From: Yuukianura sp. NJ FZ-2021
Lineage: Eukaryota
Direction: 5' to 3'
Assembly (NCBI GenBank): GCA_046563655.1
Contig: CM102289.1
Span: 1,674,001-1,738,000, forward strand
Length of the DNA stretch: 64,000 nucleotides
The notes beneath the pieces are model-generated. The model had not been told where the DNA came from. It did not search any database and saw only the letters and a list, made by a program, of their open reading frames with translations. The position numbers and the translations under genes were made by a program. Position 1 is the first letter of the stretch, and each line of letters starts with the position of its first letter. Below, one piece after another: positions 62,489 through 64,000 of this stretch.

Positions 62489-62835
62489 GGCGTTGCCAAA
62501 TTGTTCCAATGCTTTGAAAATTTGAAAAATATACGCTGGAAATGTTCAAAATGCATTGTTGCCAAAATGTTTAATGCCCGTTGTTACCATCATGCTCAGC
62601 CTGCATTGTTGCCAACTGTTGGAAATACATTGTTGCCAAAAAGTTTAAGCTCCATGGTTGGCAACATGTTCAAGGTATATTATCACCGAAATAGTTCATT
62701 CGCACTGTTGCCAATACCTTCATGGTTCATTGAAGCCAAAATATTTATGGTACGTTGTTGCCAAGTAGTGCGAAATTTCTGAAATTGAAAAATTTACTTC
62801 ACCCCAGGTTTTATTTGCTTGAATGTTGGCAACAG
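62489..62835. repeat. Cluster of GTTGCCAA / TTGGCAAC motifs, probable repeat-element remnant
   Basis: About eight copies in both orientations within ~350 bp. Confidence 0.5.
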
Positions 62836-63615
62836 AAACCACAATGTGCACACAGACGTTGAAAAATTGCAAACGGGATTACTTTTTGTTTGTGTTGCAA
62901 AAAGCTGTACTACTTTCACAAGTAGTTTTCAGAAAATCAGCTAAAATGGGTCTGAATTTTTCATTAGGCTGAGAGCCCATTTTCCCGAGGAAAAAGTTTT
63001 TGACAGCAGAAGATGAAAGGAAGTAGTGAAGGAAGAGGATGATGATCTCCATAAGAAATCAATTGTTTCATTTTATCAAAAGGAAGAAACACGAGAATGT
63101 CTCAATTCTGCGTGGAGGAAGATGTTTATTAGAAGGAATCAGAGAAAATGGCATTATTTGGTTTCATAAATAAATATTAGATGGAGTCTTGGATACTGCG
63201 CAGCCCTCTTTTACTCTGAATACACTTACTGCGCAGCTTCTCATTTCCAATTCAAAGGCAGCTGAGAATTGTTGGTTTTTCGTAGGAGATAAGCTTCATA
63301 CTATTACTTTTTTCTGTTTTCGGGGTGTCTTTTACTCAAAGTAAAAGTAAAAGTCCGAGGCGGGAGAAGAAGCAGATGCCCGGTTCTGGTGGGTGGGGAG
63401 CGGGAGAGTGACGGGGGCGGGGGAATGTGAGAAGGGATAAAAGGCTGGAATCTGTTCTGGGCCATTTGAGTAGAGTGTTCCTGTGGCGGCAAAACCCATT
63501 CTTGCATAAATGCTCACCTTCCTCTTCCCTGGTCCTTTTTACACGTATCCGGACACTTGCAAACGGAAACTTGTGTACCGGAACACTTACAAACAAGAAT
63601 TAACAAACAAAACCC

Positions 63616-63830
63616 CAGTGCTGCTGGATGGATAAAATGTTTCTTCCACTCTCCTCGCAAGTGCTACCACTTTCGAGGAGAGTGGAAGAAACAGTTTCTA
63701 TCTGGATTTTATTGGTTTCTTCCGGATGAAACACAATTTCGTCCAGTGGAAACTGGATTCTGTCCGGATTTATCTATTTATCCAGTGGATGAAATCCTAA
63801 AACCGTTGCTGGATATATTCAGCAACACTG
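63616..63830. mobile_element. hAT-like MITE, 215 bp, related to 7274-7671
   Basis: TIR CAGTGCTGCTGGAT / ATTCAGCAACACTG; TSD caaaaccc / caaaactc (7 of 8); shared tccagtgga motifs. Confidence 0.75.
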
Positions 63831-64000
63831 CAAAACTCCCACCCAACAGAATTCCTAGACATCCACTGGTACATTCCGTCCAAAATTTTCCGTCCATAGA
63901 TTTAGCTGTCCATGGATGTCCGTCCATGAGTGTTGGGGAATGTTGAAAAGACAAGGGAAAGTGCGGGGCATAAAGGAAAGTCAACTGGAGAAAGCAAAGC

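Noticed and set aside
57961..63984. Short ORFs from 57.9 to 64 kb
   Set aside because: Low-complexity F/K/L-rich translations typical of AT-rich intron DNA or MITE sequence; no consistent exon structure.

Overview
AT-rich, intron-containing eukaryotic DNA; short GT-AG introns and gene content suggest a pancrustacean/hexapod, most plausibly a springtail (inference, no search run). Left to right: (1) a 9-coding-exon artichoke-like extracellular LRR gene (+); (2) a tandem family of small secreted proteins with an invariant 12-Cys scaffold that I do not recognise (3 genes plus a 3' remnant); (3) a ~43 kb minus-strand tandem array of two-exon ~380-400 aa multi-pass membrane genes resembling the Gr/Or 7TM ion-channel chemoreceptor superfamily (13 intact, 2 pseudogenes; labelled R0-R14 here), with one divergent 3-exon relative (G8) and three C2H2 zinc-finger genes embedded; (4) the 3' part of a conserved Cys-rich, probably GPI-anchored protein gene (-) followed by ~6.4 kb of apparent intron. 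Many non-autonomous transposons are present, several with readable target-site duplications (CAAG-ended MITEs, hAT-like MITEs, Mutator-like foldbacks, a Helentron-associated element, a tRNA-derived SINE head). Fossil gene fragments record the duplication history of the array. Exon boundaries were read by eye and frame-checked; family names rest on motif recognition only.
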